Of a DNA stretch of 64,000 bases, positions 63,828 to 64,000 are shown one piece after another. The position numbers and the translations under genes were made by a program. Origin of the DNA: Candidatus Methanomethylicaceae archaeon (GTDB lineage: Archaea; Thermoproteota; Methanomethylicia; Methanomethylicales; Methanomethylicaceae); NCBI GenBank assembly GCA_015660995.1, contig JACTUC010000008.1, forward strand, positions 10,645 through 74,644, given 5' to 3'. How positions within the stretch are numbered: position 1 is the stretch's first letter; every line of letters begins with the position of its first letter. Below the pieces are notes generated by a model. It was not told where the DNA came from, did no database searches, and saw nothing but the letters and a program-made list of their open reading frames with translations.

Positions 63828-64000
63828 ATGATCTTGGAGTTTTGTCCTCGGTGTAAGAGTGTGTTGTTTCCTGATCCTACAAAACATAAATTGACATGCA
63901 GAATTTGCGGATATGAACAACCCTTTGCGGAAACGAAACTCTATACTGAAAGAATTTTGAAACCCAAGCAAACGTTAGTCATAAAATCCCATCTCCCTAC
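63828..64000 (+). CDS. tfs: Transcription factor S / RNA polymerase subunit M-like zinc-ribbon protein (5' part; runs off window end)
   Basis: Hand translation MILEFCPRCKSVLFPDPTKHKLTCRICGYEQ matches the N-terminal zinc ribbon of archaeal TFS/RpoM (MEFCPKCG..L.P......L.C..CGYE). Confidence 0.55.
   Translation, partial: MILEFCPRCKSVLFPDPTKHKLTCRICGYEQPFAETKLYTERILKPKQTLVIKSHLP

Noticed and set aside
63765-63971. 68-aa minus-strand ORF at the window end
   Set aside because: It overlaps the well-supported plus-strand TFS-like zinc-ribbon reading frame and has no recognisable features.

Overview
This is an archaeal chromosome segment with two compositional zones, which I judged by eye rather than computed.

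**Zone 1, about 1-40.2 kb (GC-rich core).** Housekeeping genes on both strands: a CYTH protein, FKBP, UPF0179, G1P dehydrogenase (egsA), proteasome beta (psmB), aCPSF1/FttA, a PUA protein and an LSm-L37e pair. Next come an intron-containing tRNA-Ala(GGC), two tandem PQQ beta-propeller surface proteins, a thioredoxin-DsbD fusion, a Hef-like SF2 helicase, an MFS transporter and an intron-containing tRNA-Glu(CUC). Then a degenerate-GTPase EF1A paralogue, an M29 aminopeptidase, porGDAB, a probable two-intron tRNA-His(GUG), a DUF362 Fe-S protein, THUMP and PurM-like proteins and orc1/cdc6. The zone ends with an ArsR-like HTH protein, moaC-moaB-mobB-moaA, rfcL-rfcS, an ECF-S-like membrane protein, gins23-mcm-hel308, NAPRTase and enolase.

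**Zone 2, about 40.2-64 kb (AT-richer accessory island).** It begins immediately after eno. It carries methyltransferases (FkbM type and two class I), an SPL-like PLP decarboxylase with an MFS transporter, a GT2 glycosyltransferase, tandem DUF72 genes and a DUF116 gene. It also carries a GC-rich MMPL/RND giant membrane protein, a nucleotidyltransferase-RIO-like kinase fusion, several small anchored secreted proteins, small zinc-finger ORFs, an ABC-2 transporter and the start of a TFS-like zinc-ribbon gene.

**Most striking unexplained structure.** A GT/CA-rich palindrome (consensus roughly GTGTGTGGGG-ATTAAATTTTAAT-CCCCCACACAC) recurs at 14 or more intergenic and promoter positions, but only inside the island.

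**Other notable points.** All three tRNAs carry introns. Three genes (ArsR-like, moaA, hel308) have no in-frame ATG/GTG/TTG and seem to start at ATT/ATC placed 7-10 nt after a GGAGG Shine-Dalgarno. One PQQ propeller is fused to a site-2-protease-like membrane domain in which HExxH is replaced by QKxxS. No CRISPR array, IS element or intein was seen. All homology calls rest on recognised motifs in the supplied translations; I ran no database search.
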